From Patescibacteria group bacterium (GTDB taxonomy: Bacteria > Patescibacteriota > UBA1384 > DATEAH01), in the NCBI GenBank assembly GCA_035288465.1, contig DATEAH010000005.1, positions 3,636-67,635 on the forward strand: DNA of 64,000 nucleotides, given 5' to 3'. The translations under genes and the position numbers were made by a program. A model generated the notes under the pieces. It was not told the origin of the DNA. It made no database searches and saw only the letters and a list, made by a program, of their open reading frames with translations. Shown piece by piece: positions 9,385-21,300 of this stretch; positions within the stretch are counted from its first letter, which is position 1, and each line of letters opens with the position of its first letter.

Positions 9385-10572
9385 TTACTTTATAACTTTA
9401 GTAACGACACCGGCACCAACAGTCTTGCCACCTTCTCGAATGGCAAATCTCATTTTTTCTTCGATGGCAACCGGTTGAATTAATTTAATTTTTAAATTAG
9501 TGGTGTCGCCCGGCATAACCATTTCCGTACCTTCTGATAATTCAACTTCGCCGGTCACATCAGTGGTGCGAATATAGAATTGTGGTTTATAACCTTTAAA
9601 AAACGGGGTATGTCGACCACCTTCTTCTTTTGTCAAAACATAAACTTCGGCTTCAAATTCGGTATGAGGCGTAATTGAGCTGGGCTTGGCTAAAACTTGT
9701 CCTCGCTCAACTTGGTCCCTTTCGATACTTCTCAAAAGCACCCCGACATTATCGCCGGCTTGACCTTCGTTTAGGGATTTTCTAAACATTTCTACGCCGG
9801 TGACAGTGGTTTTTTTAGTCGGATGCAAACCAATTATTTCTAATTCCTCGCCAACTTTAACAATGCCTCTTTCAATTTTGCCGGTCACGACAGTACCGCG
9901 ACCTTTAATTGAAAAAACGTCTTCAACTGGCATCAAAAATGGCTTGTCGGTTTCTCTCTTGGGATCTGGGATAAAATCATCCATGGCTTTTAAGAGTTCT
10001 TCGATTGATTTTTCCGCTTCCGCATCGCCTTCTAAGGCTTTTAAGGCAGAACCTCGAATAATGGGGGTTTTATCGCCAGGATATTTATATTTGGTTAAAA
10101 GATCTCTAATTTCTTCTTCCACCAAATCAATTAATTCTGGATCTGAAACTTGATCAACTTTATTGATGAAAACAACAATTTCAGGCACACCCACTTGTCT
10201 GGCTAACAAAATGTGTTCTCGAGTTTGTGGCATTGGGCCATCAGTCGCGGCCACGACTAAAACGGCGCCATCCATTTGCGCGGCACCAGTAATCATGTTT
10301 TTGATGTAGTCTGCATGACCTGGAGCGTCAATGTGTGCATAATGTCGCTTGTCGGTTTCATATTCCAAATGATAAAGTGAAATTGTGAGTCCACGCTCTT
10401 TTTCTTCGGGAGCGTTGTCAATTTGGTCAACTTTAAAAGGCTCAGCTTTGCCTTTTTTGGATAAGACATGGGTAATGGCCGCAGTTAAAGTAGTTTTTCC
10501 ATGGTCAACATGACCAATCGTACCTACGTTTAAGTGGGGCTTGGTTCTTTCGAAGGATTTTTTCTCTGCCAT
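9385..10572 (-). CDS. tuf: Elongation factor Tu
   Basis: [34 protein letters not shown]... The ORF track adds 4 codons upstream (MRRK); MAEKK taken as the start. Confidence 0.95.
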   Translation of the reverse strand: MAEKKSFERTKPHLNVGTIGHVDHGKTTLTAAITHVLSKKGKAEPFKVDQIDNAPEEKERGLTISLYHLEYETDKRHYAHIDAPGHADYIKNMITGAAQMDGAVLVVAATDGPMPQTREHILLARQVGVPEIVVFINKVDQVSDPELIDLVEEEIRDLLTKYKYPGDKTPIIRGSALKALEGDAEAEKSIEELLKAMDDFIPDPKRETDKPFLMPVEDVFSIKGRGTVVTGKIERGIVKVGEELEIIGLHPTKKTTVTGVEMFRKSLNEGQAGDNVGVLLRSIERDQVERGQVLAKPSSITPHTEFEAEVYVLTKEEGGRHTPFFKGYKPQFYIRTTDVTGEVELSEGTEMVMPGDTTNLKIKLIQPVAIEEKMRFAIREGGKTVGAGVVTKVIK

Positions 10573-10641
10573 TTTTCTCCTCAAAATTTTAGTTTAATGG
10601 ATTTTTATAAATTGATGATTCTATTTTATCAGACTTTTGTT

Positions 10642-10670
10642 ATTTTAACAAACTTTAAATTATATGTCAA
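10642..10670 (-). promoter_or_regulatory. Sigma-70-like promoter upstream of tuf (minus strand: TTGACA-N17-TAAAAT)
   Basis: rc of 10665-10670 = TTGACA; rc of 10642-10647 = TAAAAT. Confidence 0.45.
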
Positions 10671-10712
10671 GCGCCAACTTTTGGCTTTTTGGGAAAATTT
10701 TTAAATTTTAAA

Positions 10713-11330
10713 CTAATTAAATTGAAATGATTTTGCAAATGCTTCAAAAATTGGCCAGAATTCATCTTTATCTTGAGAGGCAAACCAACCATCGATTATT
10801 ATTAATTCATCTTTATTTTCGAATTTAATTTCTGCAGGAGCGGTATCTTCTGCAACATCTATATTGCTAATTAAATATTCTGAGGCTAAAAATTTTCCGA
10901 GAGTAATTTTCTTATTAATTTGGAATCGATCGCTGTTGTCGGTGTAACCTTCAAAAATTCCGATGGGCAAAATGCGGACGACAATTTGTGAACCATTTTC
11001 GATTTTTTTCTGGGGAGTGCTACCCCAATTCAAGTCTGAGCTAGAAAAACTAACAAAATCCTGAGCTGGCGATTTAGTGGTATCTTTATCTTCGCTAACT
11101 TTCCAAGTTGAAGGGTGACGAACGCTATAACTATAAGTTAAATTGGAATATTTTATCCAACTTGAAGTTAGCGTCTTTTGCAAATTTGAAGTTTTGTTTT
11201 TAGCGGCATCGGCTGCGGCTTGGTTTGAAGCTGGCACCAAACTTAAACCGGCGGCCCAAATCAAAATTGCCGCGACAGTGGCGCAGGTTATTAGCACAAA
11301 TAAGGCTGGAATTGGATGAACTCTTCTCAT
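10713..11330 (-). CDS. Hypothetical membrane-anchored protein (signal-anchor + extracytoplasmic domain with YSYSVRHPSTWKV motif)
   Basis: N-terminal hydrophobic segment ALFVLITCATVAAILIWAAGL; inserted between fusA and tuf. Confidence 0.65.
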   Translation of the reverse strand: MRRVHPIPALFVLITCATVAAILIWAAGLSLVPASNQAAADAAKNKTSNLQKTLTSSWIKYSNLTYSYSVRHPSTWKVSEDKDTTKSPAQDFVSFSSSDLNWGSTPQKKIENGSQIVVRILPIGIFEGYTDNSDRFQINKKITLGKFLASEYLISNIDVAEDTAPAEIKFENKDELIIIDGWFASQDKDEFWPIFEAFAKSFQFN

Positions 11331-11370
11331 TGCCCCTCAAATACATTATATACAAAACCGGTTGAGTTTA

Positions 11371-13494
11371 TCAACTTTTTTCAGTTTTAGTTTTTTCAAA
11401 ATCTCCCACAATTCGTTCAAAAATATGGTGTGGAACCGGTTCATAATGATCAAATTCCATAGTGGATGAACCGCGACCAGAAGTAAGGGTTCGCAAGGCG
11501 GTGGTGTAACCAAACATGGTTGCCAAGGGCACTTTAGCATCAATGACTTTCATATTGGTGCGGTCTGAAACTTGTTCAATCTGAGCACGGCGGCTGTTCA
11601 GGTCACCGGTGACATCACCCAAATCATCACTGGGGATAATAACTTCTAATTTCATAATCGGTTCGAGAATTTGTGGGGTAGCTTTTTTAACCGCACTTTG
11701 CAAGGCCATGGAACCGGCAATTTGGAAAGCAATTTCCGAAGAGTCAACTTCATGATAAGAACCATCATAAAGAGTCACGGCCAAATCAGTCAAAGGATAG
11801 CCGGCAAGAACCCCTCTTTGCGAAGCTTCTTTGATACCTTTTTCGACTGCTGGAATAAATTCTCGAGGAATGCGGCCACCGACAATTTTATCAATAAATT
11901 CAACGCCTTCGCCCCGTTCTTTGGGCTCAATATTAAGTAAAACGTGACCATATTGACCGCGACCACCGGTTTGTCGAATAAATTTGCCTTCAGCCTTGGC
12001 AGGTGCGGAAATGGTTTCTCTGTAAGCTACTTGAGGATTGCCAATATTAGCTTCGACGGAAAATTCACGCTTCATGCGGTCAACCAAAATTTCTAGATGT
12101 AATTCACCCATGCCAGAAATAATTGTTTGGCTGGTTTCTTCATCAACTTTGACTTTGAAGGTGGGATCTTCCTCGGCCAATCTTTTTAACGATTGGGCTA
12201 ATTTTTCTTGATCGGCTTTTGTTTTCGGTTCAATGGCAATGGAAATGACCGGATCTGGAAAATTAATTTTTTCCAAAATAACCGGTTTTGCGGGGTCACA
12301 CAAGGTATCGCCAGTAGTGGTCTCTTTTAAGCCCACGGCCGCGGCAATATCACCCGCATAGACCTCTTTGACTTCTTCGCGATGATTAGCGTGCATTCTT
12401 AAAATTCGGCCGATTCTTTCTCTCGCGCCGGTGCTGGCATTTAAAATATATGAGCCCGAGGATAAGGTTCCAGAATATACCCTAAAAAAGGCTAATTTGC
12501 CGACAAAAGGATCAGCGGCAATTTTAAACGCTAAAGCCGCAAATGGGGCGGAATCTTCGGGTTTAATTTCAATTTCGGTTTCATCTTTGGGGTTAGTACC
12601 TTTAATTTGAGGAGCTTCCAAGGGTGATGGTAAAAATCCAGCCACCGCATCTAATAAAGGCTGAACGCCTTTGTTTTTTAGGGCAGAACCGGTTAAAACT
12701 GGATAAATTTTATTTTCAATAGTGGCTTTTCGCAAAGCTTGATATAACTCATCATTAGTAATTTCTTTGCCGTCTAAATATTTTTGTAAAAGATCGTTTG
12801 AAGTCTCAACAATTTCTTCAATCATTTTATGACGCCATTTCTCAGCTTGAGCGTGATATTCCTCAGGCATTTCACTGGTGGTTAAGTCTTTGCCCAATTC
12901 ATCAGCGTGTTTATAGGCTTTCATTTCAAATAAATTGATAATGCCTTCAAATTTATCCTCAGAACCGATTGGGATTTGGATGACAACGGCTTTGGCACCT
13001 AATTTATCTTTGATTGATTTAAATGATTTTTCAAAATCGGCACCCATACGATCCATTTTATTGATAAAACAAATTCGAGGCACTGCAAATTTATCAGCTT
13101 GACGCCAAACAGTTTCTGATTGTGGTTCAACACCGGCGACACCATCAAAAACTACCACCGCACCATCTAAAACACGGAGTGAGCGTTGGACTTCAGCGGT
13201 AAAATCAATGTGGCCCGGAGTATCAATAATATTAATCAAACAATTACCGTTAGAATCATCTAACCATTTGGGGATTGGCCAAAAACTGGTGGTCGCCGCC
13301 GCCGTAATAGTGATGCCGCGTTCTTTTTCTTGTTCCATCCAGTCCATCACCGCCGTACCTTCGTGAACTTCACCAATTTTATAGGTTTTTCCAGAATAAT
13401 ATAAAATGCGCTCTGTGACAGTGGTTTTGCCAGCATCAATATGAGCAATAATACCAATATTTCTAATTTTTTCGATCGGGTATTCGCGAGCCAT
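11371..13494 (-). CDS. fusA: Elongation factor G
   Basis: [35 protein letters not shown]...; 707 aa. Confidence 0.95.
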   Translation of the reverse strand: MAREYPIEKIRNIGIIAHIDAGKTTVTERILYYSGKTYKIGEVHEGTAVMDWMEQEKERGITITAAATTSFWPIPKWLDDSNGNCLINIIDTPGHIDFTAEVQRSLRVLDGAVVVFDGVAGVEPQSETVWRQADKFAVPRICFINKMDRMGADFEKSFKSIKDKLGAKAVVIQIPIGSEDKFEGIINLFEMKAYKHADELGKDLTTSEMPEEYHAQAEKWRHKMIEEIVETSNDLLQKYLDGKEITNDELYQALRKATIENKIYPVLTGSALKNKGVQPLLDAVAGFLPSPLEAPQIKGTNPKDETEIEIKPEDSAPFAALAFKIAADPFVGKLAFFRVYSGTLSSGSYILNASTGARERIGRILRMHANHREEVKEVYAGDIAAAVGLKETTTGDTLCDPAKPVILEKINFPDPVISIAIEPKTKADQEKLAQSLKRLAEEDPTFKVKVDEETSQTIISGMGELHLEILVDRMKREFSVEANIGNPQVAYRETISAPAKAEGKFIRQTGGRGQYGHVLLNIEPKERGEGVEFIDKIVGGRIPREFIPAVEKGIKEASQRGVLAGYPLTDLAVTLYDGSYHEVDSSEIAFQIAGSMALQSAVKKATPQILEPIMKLEVIIPSDDLGDVTGDLNSRRAQIEQVSDRTNMKVIDAKVPLATMFGYTTALRTLTSGRGSSTMEFDHYEPVPHHIFERIVGDFEKTKTEKS

Positions 13495-13598
13495 AATAAG
13501 TCCTTTGGAAAAGTTATAAATTTTATTGAGCCTAAATTAATGATTATATTATAGGAATAAAAAAGCCTCTCCTTTAACTTTTAGCTTGAAACTCAGGC

Positions 13599-14096
13599 TT
13601 AAAGCCTGGCATAGTGGGCAAAAGCACGATTAACTTCAGCTAATTTGTGCATTTCCTGTTTTTTCTTGACCGCCGCCCCGATATTTTGAGCGGCATCCAT
13701 TAATTCTTGAGCAAGATAATCTGCCATTTGACTACCTTGGCGATCGCGAGCCGCTTGGATAATCCAACGCATCGCTAAAGTTTGTTGGCGGTCCCTTTTC
13801 ACTTCCATGGGTACTTGATAGGTCGCACCACCAATTCGACGCGAGCGCACTTCAAGTTGAGGGCAGGAATTGGAAATAGCGGTCTCAAAAATATCAACGG
13901 CTGGTTTTTTAAGTTTTACTTCACAAATTGCAAAAGCGGCATAAACAATTTTTTGAGCGGTGGATTTTTTGCCCCGTCTCATTAATTGATTAATAAATTT
14001 AGCTACTTGCGTAGAATTATATTTGGGATCCGGTTCAATTTGATTTTTTTTATAATTTCGAGCCTTACCTCTCATAAAATTCCTTTTTAAATCCAA
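13599..14096 (-). CDS. rpsG: 30S ribosomal protein S7
   Basis: EPDPKYNSTQVAKFINQLMRRGKKSTAQKIVY...; the true start may be the internal Met (MRGKAR, ~14075). Confidence 0.9.
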   Translation of the reverse strand: MDLKRNFMRGKARNYKKNQIEPDPKYNSTQVAKFINQLMRRGKKSTAQKIVYAAFAICEVKLKKPAVDIFETAISNSCPQLEVRSRRIGGATYQVPMEVKRDRQQTLAMRWIIQAARDRQGSQMADYLAQELMDAAQNIGAAVKKKQEMHKLAEVNRAFAHYARL

Positions 14097-14104
14097 TTAA
14101 GATA

Positions 14105-14515
14105 TTATTTGCCTCTTTTGGCACCATATTTAGAACGTCCTTGCTGCCGATTTTCCACACCAGCGGTGTCTAATTTCCCTCTCACTATATGATATCTGAC
14201 ACCAGGCAAGTCTTTGACTCTGCCACCGCGCAGCATAACCACAGAATGTTCTTGAAGATTATGGCCAATGCCGGGAATATAAGCGGTGACTTCTTGGCCA
14301 TTAGTAAGCCTGACCCTAGCAATTTTTCGCAGGGCTGAGTTTGGTTTTTTAGGGGTGACGGTGGTGACTTTAATGCAAATGCCTCTTTTAAATGGTGAGG
14401 GATGAGAATATGACTTTCGTCTAAGGGTGTTAAAACCCCTTAAAAGAGCTGGCACTTTGGATTTTTTCTGGATTTTCCGACGCGGTTTTCTAATTAATTG
14501 TGATATGGTGGGCAT
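14105..14515 (-). CDS. rpsL: 30S ribosomal protein S12
   Basis: [14 protein letters not shown]...[11 protein letters not shown]... Confidence 0.95.
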   Translation of the reverse strand: MPTISQLIRKPRRKIQKKSKVPALLRGFNTLRRKSYSHPSPFKRGICIKVTTVTPKKPNSALRKIARVRLTNGQEVTAYIPGIGHNLQEHSVVMLRGGRVKDLPGVRYHIVRGKLDTAGVENRQQGRSKYGAKRGK

Positions 14516-14567
14516 TTTGGTTTCCTTAACTTTCTTATTTTATCCTAAAATTTAACTTTTGGCAAGC

Positions 14568-17500
14568 CTATTTGTAGTTTTTTAAATATTTTCCTAATTC
14601 TTGACCAATTATGCTGTGGCTAAAGCCAGTCCCGGCCGGGATAATTCGACCAATAATGACATTTTCTTTTAAGCCTCTTAAATGATCGATTTTACCTTTA
14701 GTGGCGGCATCGATTAAAGTTCTGGTGGTTTCTTGGAAAGAGGCCGCAGAAAGAAAACTTTCCGTGCTCAAAGCGACCTTGGTAATACCTAAAACGATAT
14801 CTTCCATAATCGCTTGTGGCTTATTTTTATGGCTTAATTTTTCATTTTCAGTGACCACTAAAAACCGATCCACAATTTGGTTGGGTAGCCAAGCGGTGGC
14901 GCCGGGACTTTTAATGCGAACTTTTTGCAACATTTGTCTGACAATTAATTCAATATGCTTATCGTTAATGGTCTGACCTTGTGAGCTATAAATATTTTGG
15001 ATTTCTTTAACAATATATTTTTCAACCATGCGTCGGCCAGAAATCTTCAACATTTGGTTAAGATTCCAAGCCCCTTCAGTTAAAGCAGTCCCTTTTTCGA
15101 CCAGATCACTATTAGCAACCCGCAAATGCACCAAAGGAGAAACTTGATATTCGACAACCTTATATTCTCTGGAGGTTAAAGTGAGTTTATCTTTTTCGAT
15201 TTTTACTTCGCCGTCAAAGATGGCTCTAAGCGGAGACTTGCTTGGGCAATTGGCTAAAATTTGTTTAGCTTTAACTTTATCGCCATTTTTAACGACCATT
15301 TTGTAGCCTTTGGCGAGCTTATATTCTTGAGTGCTTTTTACATTTGATTTAATGCGAATAATTTTATGGTCTTTTTCGTTCGCAAGACTGATATGACCGG
15401 AAATTTCCGAAATTTGGGCAGGATTGCGAGGGTTCCGAGCTTCAAAAAGTTCTTCAACGCGAGGTAAACCCTGAGTAATATCTTCACCGGCAATACCACC
15501 AATATGAAACGTCCGCATCGTCAACTGCGTACCAGGTTCACCAATGGCTTGCGCGGCAATAATACCGATGGCAGTACCAGTTTCTACTAAAGTGCCGGTG
15601 GCTAAATTGCGACCATAACATTTTTGGCAAATGCCGGGTTTAGCTTTACAGGTTAGGACGGAGCGAACCTGAACCTCGGGAATCCGATTTTTCATAATCG
15701 TCTCAACGGCAACTTTACCAATTTCTTGATCTTTTTCTAAAATTACTTCACCAGTTTTAGGGTCAACTAAGGGCTTGGCAGTATATCTTCCGAGGACATT
15801 AGTTTCAAAATCGTCGCCGGCTTCTTCGGTTTCAGCCAAATTAACGGTAATACTGTCAGTGGTTTTACAGTCTGCAGAATCGACAATTAAATCTTGGGAA
15901 ACATCAATTAGACGGCGGGTCAAATATCCAGCGTCAGCCGTTCTTAAAGCCGTATCTGATTTTCCTTTTCTGGCACCGTGTGAAGAAATAAAATATTCAA
16001 ACTCAGATAAACCATCCTTATAGTTGGCTAAAATCGGCAACTCAATAATTTCACCAGCCGGGTTAGCCACCAGACCTCTCATGCCGGCAATCTGGACCAA
16101 CTGGTCCGGAGTCCCTTTTGAGCCTGAATTTACCATCATATAAATTGGGTTATCGGTCGAAAAATTATCTAACATCGCTTTTTTGATACGCGCTTTCACG
16201 TCAATCCATAAATCAACTGCTTTCAAATATCTTTCAAAAGAAGTAATTAAACCTTGCTGAAATTGTTTAGTAATTTCCGCAATTTGTTTTTCAGCTTCAG
16301 CAATTAATTCCTTTTTCTGTTCAGGAACTTTCACGTCATTTACCGAAAAAGTGATACCAGATTGGGTGGCGTAATGAAAACCTAATTTTTTAATATCATC
16401 GACAAATCTGACGGTTTCTTTATTGCCATATTTTTCAAAACATTCTAAAACTAAGGCTTTTAGAATTTTTTTATCAATGAAAAGATTTTTAAATTGCATG
16501 CCGATTGGGATAACTTGATTCAAAATAATTCTGCCTACTGAAGTGTCAATATTTGCACCATCGATTTTAACCTTAATCAGCGCTTTCAAACCAATAATTT
16601 CGTTTTCATAGGCCAATAAAGCCTCATCAGTATCAGCGAAAATACGACCGGCACCTTTGGCATTTTCTTCAATTTTAGTTAAATAGTAACAACCCAAAAC
16701 TATTTCCTGAGAAGGGGCAATGATTGGTTCACCTGAGGCTGGTTTTAATAAGTTTCGAATTGAATACATCATGCGATCGGCTTCAAAATTTGCTTGTCGA
16801 GATAAAGGAATATAAACTGCCATTTGGTCGCCATCAAAGTCAGCATTATAAGCTGGGCAAACCAAAGGATGAATCTGAATCGCTTTACCTTCAACCAAGA
16901 CTGGCTGAAAGGCTTGAATTCCTAAACGATGCAAGGTTGGCGCGCGATTTAAGAAAACTAAATGATTTTTAATAATGCTTTCTAAAATATCCCAAACTTC
17001 AGGGGTTTGTTTTTCTAATAATCGGCTTGCATTTTTAACATTATGAGCAAAACCATTCGAAATTAATTTGGAAATAATAAAAGGCTTAAAGAGTTCCAAA
17101 GCCATCATTTTAGGTAAACCGACTTGATTTAATTTCAATTGAGGACCAACCACAATCACAGAACGGCCAGAATAATCAACTCTTTTTCCTAAAAGATTTT
17201 GTCGAAAACGGCCTTGCTTGCCTTTAAGCATATCTGATAATGATTTTAATTTGCGACGGCCAGCGGTGGTAACCACGGAGCGGTCTCGGCGCGCCGAATT
17301 GTCGATTAAAGCATCGACGGCTTCCTGTAACATTCTTTTTTCGTTTCGACAAATGACTTCAGGGGCTTTTTGATCAATTAAACGCTTTAAACGATTGTTG
17401 CGGTTAATGACGCGTCGATATAAATCATTTAAATCCGAAGCGGCAAAACGACCACCATCTAATTGGACCATTGGTCTCAAATCCGGAGGAATCACCGGCA

Positions 17501-18380
17501 AGACTGTCAGCACCATCCATTCTGGTCTTAAGCCGGCTTTTTTGAATTCAATTAGGGTTCTTAATCTTTTTAGGTTCTTTTTGGATTCTTGTTCAGTCTT
17601 TTTTCTTAAACGATTTTGAATATCTTTAATTTCCCGGTCCAAATCAATTCTTTTGAGCAATTCGTAAATCGCTTCGGCACCAATACCAACCTTAATGACT
17701 TGACCATATTTTAAAGACAAGTCCAAATAATTTCTTTCGGAAATAATTTGTTTAGGTTTTAAATTTTTAATTTCATTTTTTGCAGAAAGATAAGAAATTT
17801 CGAGCTCTTCAACTTCTTTGCGCGATTTTGGACTATCGGCTTTGGTGGTTTCAATTTTTAAATTTTTAGTGGAAATTTTGGCGCCAGCGCGCATTTGTGA
17901 TTTAATTTTTTTCATTTCTGAATCAAGATCGGTTAAGGCTTTTTTTTGAACATCCTCAAAAACATCTAAAATAATATAATTAGCAAAATAAATCACTTTT
18001 TCTAATTCTTTAACCGATAAACCTAAAATTAAACCAATTTTAGATGGCACGCCGCGAGCATACCAAATATGGGTGATGGGAACGGAAAGCGCAATATGGC
18101 CCATTCGTTCACGTCTCACCGAGGCTCTGGTGACTTCGACCCCGCATTTATCACAAATTACACCTTTGTATCGGATCTTTTTATATTTTCCGCAATAACA
18201 TTCATAGTCTTTGGTCGGACCGAAAATTCGTTCATCAAATAAACCATCGCGTTCTGGTTTTTGGGTGCGGTAGTTGATCGTCTCAGGTTTTGTCACTTCC
18301 CCATATGACCATTTTTTAATATCCTCCGGAGAAGAAACCGAAATTCGAATTGAGTCAAAATCAATATTTTCTTCTGGCAT
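14568..18380 (-). CDS. rpoC: DNA-directed RNA polymerase subunit beta'
   Basis: 1270 aa; NADFDGDQMAV catalytic motif; zinc-finger CxxC..CxxC near the N-terminus. Confidence 0.95.
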   Translation of the reverse strand: MPEENIDFDSIRISVSSPEDIKKWSYGEVTKPETINYRTQKPERDGLFDERIFGPTKDYECYCGKYKKIRYKGVICDKCGVEVTRASVRRERMGHIALSVPITHIWYARGVPSKIGLILGLSVKELEKVIYFANYIILDVFEDVQKKALTDLDSEMKKIKSQMRAGAKISTKNLKIETTKADSPKSRKEVEELEISYLSAKNEIKNLKPKQIISERNYLDLSLKYGQVIKVGIGAEAIYELLKRIDLDREIKDIQNRLRKKTEQESKKNLKRLRTLIEFKKAGLRPEWMVLTVLPVIPPDLRPMVQLDGGRFAASDLNDLYRRVINRNNRLKRLIDQKAPEVICRNEKRMLQEAVDALIDNSARRDRSVVTTAGRRKLKSLSDMLKGKQGRFRQNLLGKRVDYSGRSVIVVGPQLKLNQVGLPKMMALELFKPFIISKLISNGFAHNVKNASRLLEKQTPEVWDILESIIKNHLVFLNRAPTLHRLGIQAFQPVLVEGKAIQIHPLVCPAYNADFDGDQMAVYIPLSRQANFEADRMMYSIRNLLKPASGEPIIAPSQEIVLGCYYLTKIEENAKGAGRIFADTDEALLAYENEIIGLKALIKVKIDGANIDTSVGRIILNQVIPIGMQFKNLFIDKKILKALVLECFEKYGNKETVRFVDDIKKLGFHYATQSGITFSVNDVKVPEQKKELIAEAEKQIAEITKQFQQGLITSFERYLKAVDLWIDVKARIKKAMLDNFSTDNPIYMMVNSGSKGTPDQLVQIAGMRGLVANPAGEIIELPILANYKDGLSEFEYFISSHGARKGKSDTALRTADAGYLTRRLIDVSQDLIVDSADCKTTDSITVNLAETEEAGDDFETNVLGRYTAKPLVDPKTGEVILEKDQEIGKVAVETIMKNRIPEVQVRSVLTCKAKPGICQKCYGRNLATGTLVETGTAIGIIAAQAIGEPGTQLTMRTFHIGGIAGEDITQGLPRVEELFEARNPRNPAQISEISGHISLANEKDHKIIRIKSNVKSTQEYKLAKGYKMVVKNGDKVKAKQILANCPSKSPLRAIFDGEVKIEKDKLTLTSREYKVVEYQVSPLVHLRVANSDLVEKGTALTEGAWNLNQMLKISGRRMVEKYIVKEIQNIYSSQGQTINDKHIELIVRQMLQKVRIKSPGATAWLPNQIVDRFLVVTENEKLSHKNKPQAIMEDIVLGITKVALSTESFLSAASFQETTRTLIDAATKGKIDHLRGLKENVIIGRIIPAGTGFSHSIIGQELGKYLKNYK

Positions 18381-18381
18381 T

Positions 18382-21300
18382 TTACCCCTTAGGTTTAATT
18401 TGAGTATTTTGACCGGCTTTTAATAATTCGACTGATAAACCCAAGCTCTGCAATTCTTTAACTAAAACATTAAATGATTCCGGAATAGAAACTTGGGTAA
18501 TGGGATCGCCCTTGATAATGGCTTCGTAGGCTTTGCTGCGACCAGTGACGTCATCAGATTTGATCGTCAACATTTCCTGCAAAGTATAGGCGGCGCCATA
18601 GGCTTCGAGGGCCCAAACTTCCATTTCTCCAAAACGCTGACCGCCGAATTGAGCTTTACCGCCTAATGGTTGCTGCGTGACCATCGAATATGGGCCAATG
18701 GAACGAGCATGCATCTTATCATCGACTAAATGGATTAATTTCATTATGTAAACGGCACCCACGGTGACTTCGTGCTCAAAAAGTTCACCAGTGCGGCCAT
18801 CATATAGTTTGGTCGTACCATTTTCAGATAAACCAGCTTTTTTAAGTTCTTGGCGGATCATGGTTTCGTCAACAGATCTAAAAACCGGATTGGCAATTTT
18901 ATAGCCTAAAACCTGAAGTGCCCGCCCCAAGTGGGCTTCGAAAATCTGACCAATGTTCATTCGAGAAATTACTCCCAACGGATTTAAAACCACATCAACT
19001 GGAGTGCCATCAGGTAAAAAGGGCATATCTTCTTGTGGTAAAATTCGAGAAATAACACCTTTGTTGCCGTAGCGTCCGGCTAATTTATCACCAATTGAGA
19101 CTTTTCTTAATTGGGCCACGGAGACTTCAATCATTTGAAAAACACCGGCGGAGAGTTCGGCACCTTTTTCTTTGGAAAAGATTTTTACATCGACAACCTT
19201 GCCTCTTTCGCCATGCGGCAATCTCAAAGAGGTATCGCGAACGTCTTTGGCTTTTTCACCAAAAATCGCTCTTAAAAGTCTTTCTTCAGCGGAAAGTTCG
19301 GTTTCGCCTTTGGGGGTAATTTTTCCAACTAAAATATCACCAGCTTTAATTTCGGCGCCGATTCGAACAACCCCCCCTTCATCGAGGTTGCGTAAAGTTT
19401 CTTCGGAAACATTGGGGATATCGCGGGTGACCACTTCTGGACCCAATTTAGTATCACGAACTTCAATCGCATATTTTTCGATATGAATTGAAGAATAAAC
19501 ATCATCTTCAACTAATTTTGAAGAAATGACAATCGCGTCATCACAGTTAGCACCCTCCCATGGCATATAAGCGACAACCACATTCTGACCTAAAGCCAAT
19601 TCTCCTAAATCAGTTGCCATTGAATCTGCCAAAACCGTGCCTTTTTCCACTTTTTGATTTAGGGTGACGGCTGGTCGTTGGTGCAAACAAGTACCTTGGT
19701 TAGAACGTAAATAATTTATTAAATGATAAGTTTTTTCTTCCTTAGAACCCTTAACCACAATTTTAGAAGCATCTACCTCGGTGATGGTACCGGCTTCTTG
19801 GGCAATTAAAAGCTGGCCAGAATCTCTAGCACAAATTTCTTCAATACCAGTCCCGACAATTGGTGAAGCGGCTTGAATCAACGGTACGGCTTGACGTTCC
19901 ATGTTAGCACCCATTGAAGCTCTCACACCATCAGTATGTTCCAAAAATGGGATTAGAGCGGCGGAAATAGAAATGATTTGTTCTGGAGAAATACCAATAT
20001 AATCAATTTTATCAATTGACTCAATGTCGGGTTTGCCAAATTTTCTAACCACCATTTTTGATTCAATTAACTGATTTTTTTCATCAACAACTTCAGTGTC
20101 GGCATAAGGCGAAGGGGCAATAGTGCATTGCTCTTCTTCGGCGGCATCCAAATATTCCAAATGGCTGGAAATAAATGGTCGCACTTTAATATTTTCTTGG
20201 ATTTTCTTTAAAGATTTTTGAATAGATTGAGTGATTGGTTGATTTTTTTCAATAATCACTTGATTAGTCTTGGGATCCGTGACTTTCTCGAAAGCTAATC
20301 TGCCAATTATTTTGGAAGATTTTGTGGGTAAAAGATTTATAATTTTTTTATAGGGACTTTCGATAAAACCATATTCATTAATTCTAGCATATGAAGCCAT
20401 ATAACCGACCAAACCAATGTTTGGACCTTCGGGAGTTTCCACTGGGCAGATTTTGCCATAGTGAGAACTATGAACATCGCGGGCTTCAAAACCAGCTCTT
20501 TCTCGAGACAAGCCACCCGGACCAATCGCCGACAAACATCGTTTGTGCTCAAGTTCAGCTAAAGGATTGGTTTGGTTCATAAATTGAGATAGTTGCGAAG
20601 AGGCAAAAAATTCCTGCAAAATCGCAATAATCGGACGAGCATTAATCATCATCGCCGGCGTGGCTAAATTTGGATCAACGACACTCATGCGGTCCTTGAC
20701 AATTCTTTCTAGTCTCACTAAACCGACTCGGGTGCGATCTTGAACTAATTCACCCACCGAGCGAATTCTTCGATTTGACAAATGGTCAATGTCATCTGGT
20801 TCAGATCCCGGAGTCAAATTTAAGCGCACGACCTCTTTGGTAACTTCGGCAACATCCTCGGGTTTTAGGACTCGATTTTCAAAACTGATGGCAATTTTTT
20901 GGTGTAAACGTTGGTTGAGGCGATATCGGCCAACTTTGGATAAATCGTATCTTTTTAAATCAAAAAACATGCTATCAAATAAAGATTTGGCATTTTCGTA
21001 AGTTGCCATTTCACCCGGTCGAATTCTTTTATAGGTTTCTAAAACTGCTTCTTGGTGGTTTTTGGAAGGATCTTTTTCAAGAGTCGCTTTAAAATAATCA
21101 TGGTCAGGATCCGAACCGGCAGCATCAAAAATTTTCTTGAGTTCTTCATCTGAGCCATATCCCAAGGCTCTTAAAAAAGTGGTGATTGGCAATCTTCTTT
21201 TTTGATCGATTCGAACAGAAATGACATCTTTTTGATTGGTTTCTAATTCTAGCCAGGCGCCGCGTTGAGGAATAATTTTGGCGCCAAATAAATTTCGGCC

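Noticed and set aside
10671-10695. Hairpin gcgccaa-cttt-tggc + TTTTT as a terminator
   Set aside because: Only a 5-bp stem. It sits on the plus strand where no plus-strand gene ends, and it directly abuts the predicted tuf -35 element; too weak to call.
11346-11543. 65-aa ORF in the track overlapping the fusA 3' end
   Set aside because: Lies entirely inside fusA on the same strand in another frame, with a low-complexity product; a spurious ORF. The same applies to the many short antisense ORFs inside rpoB, rpoC, gyrA, gyrB and copA.
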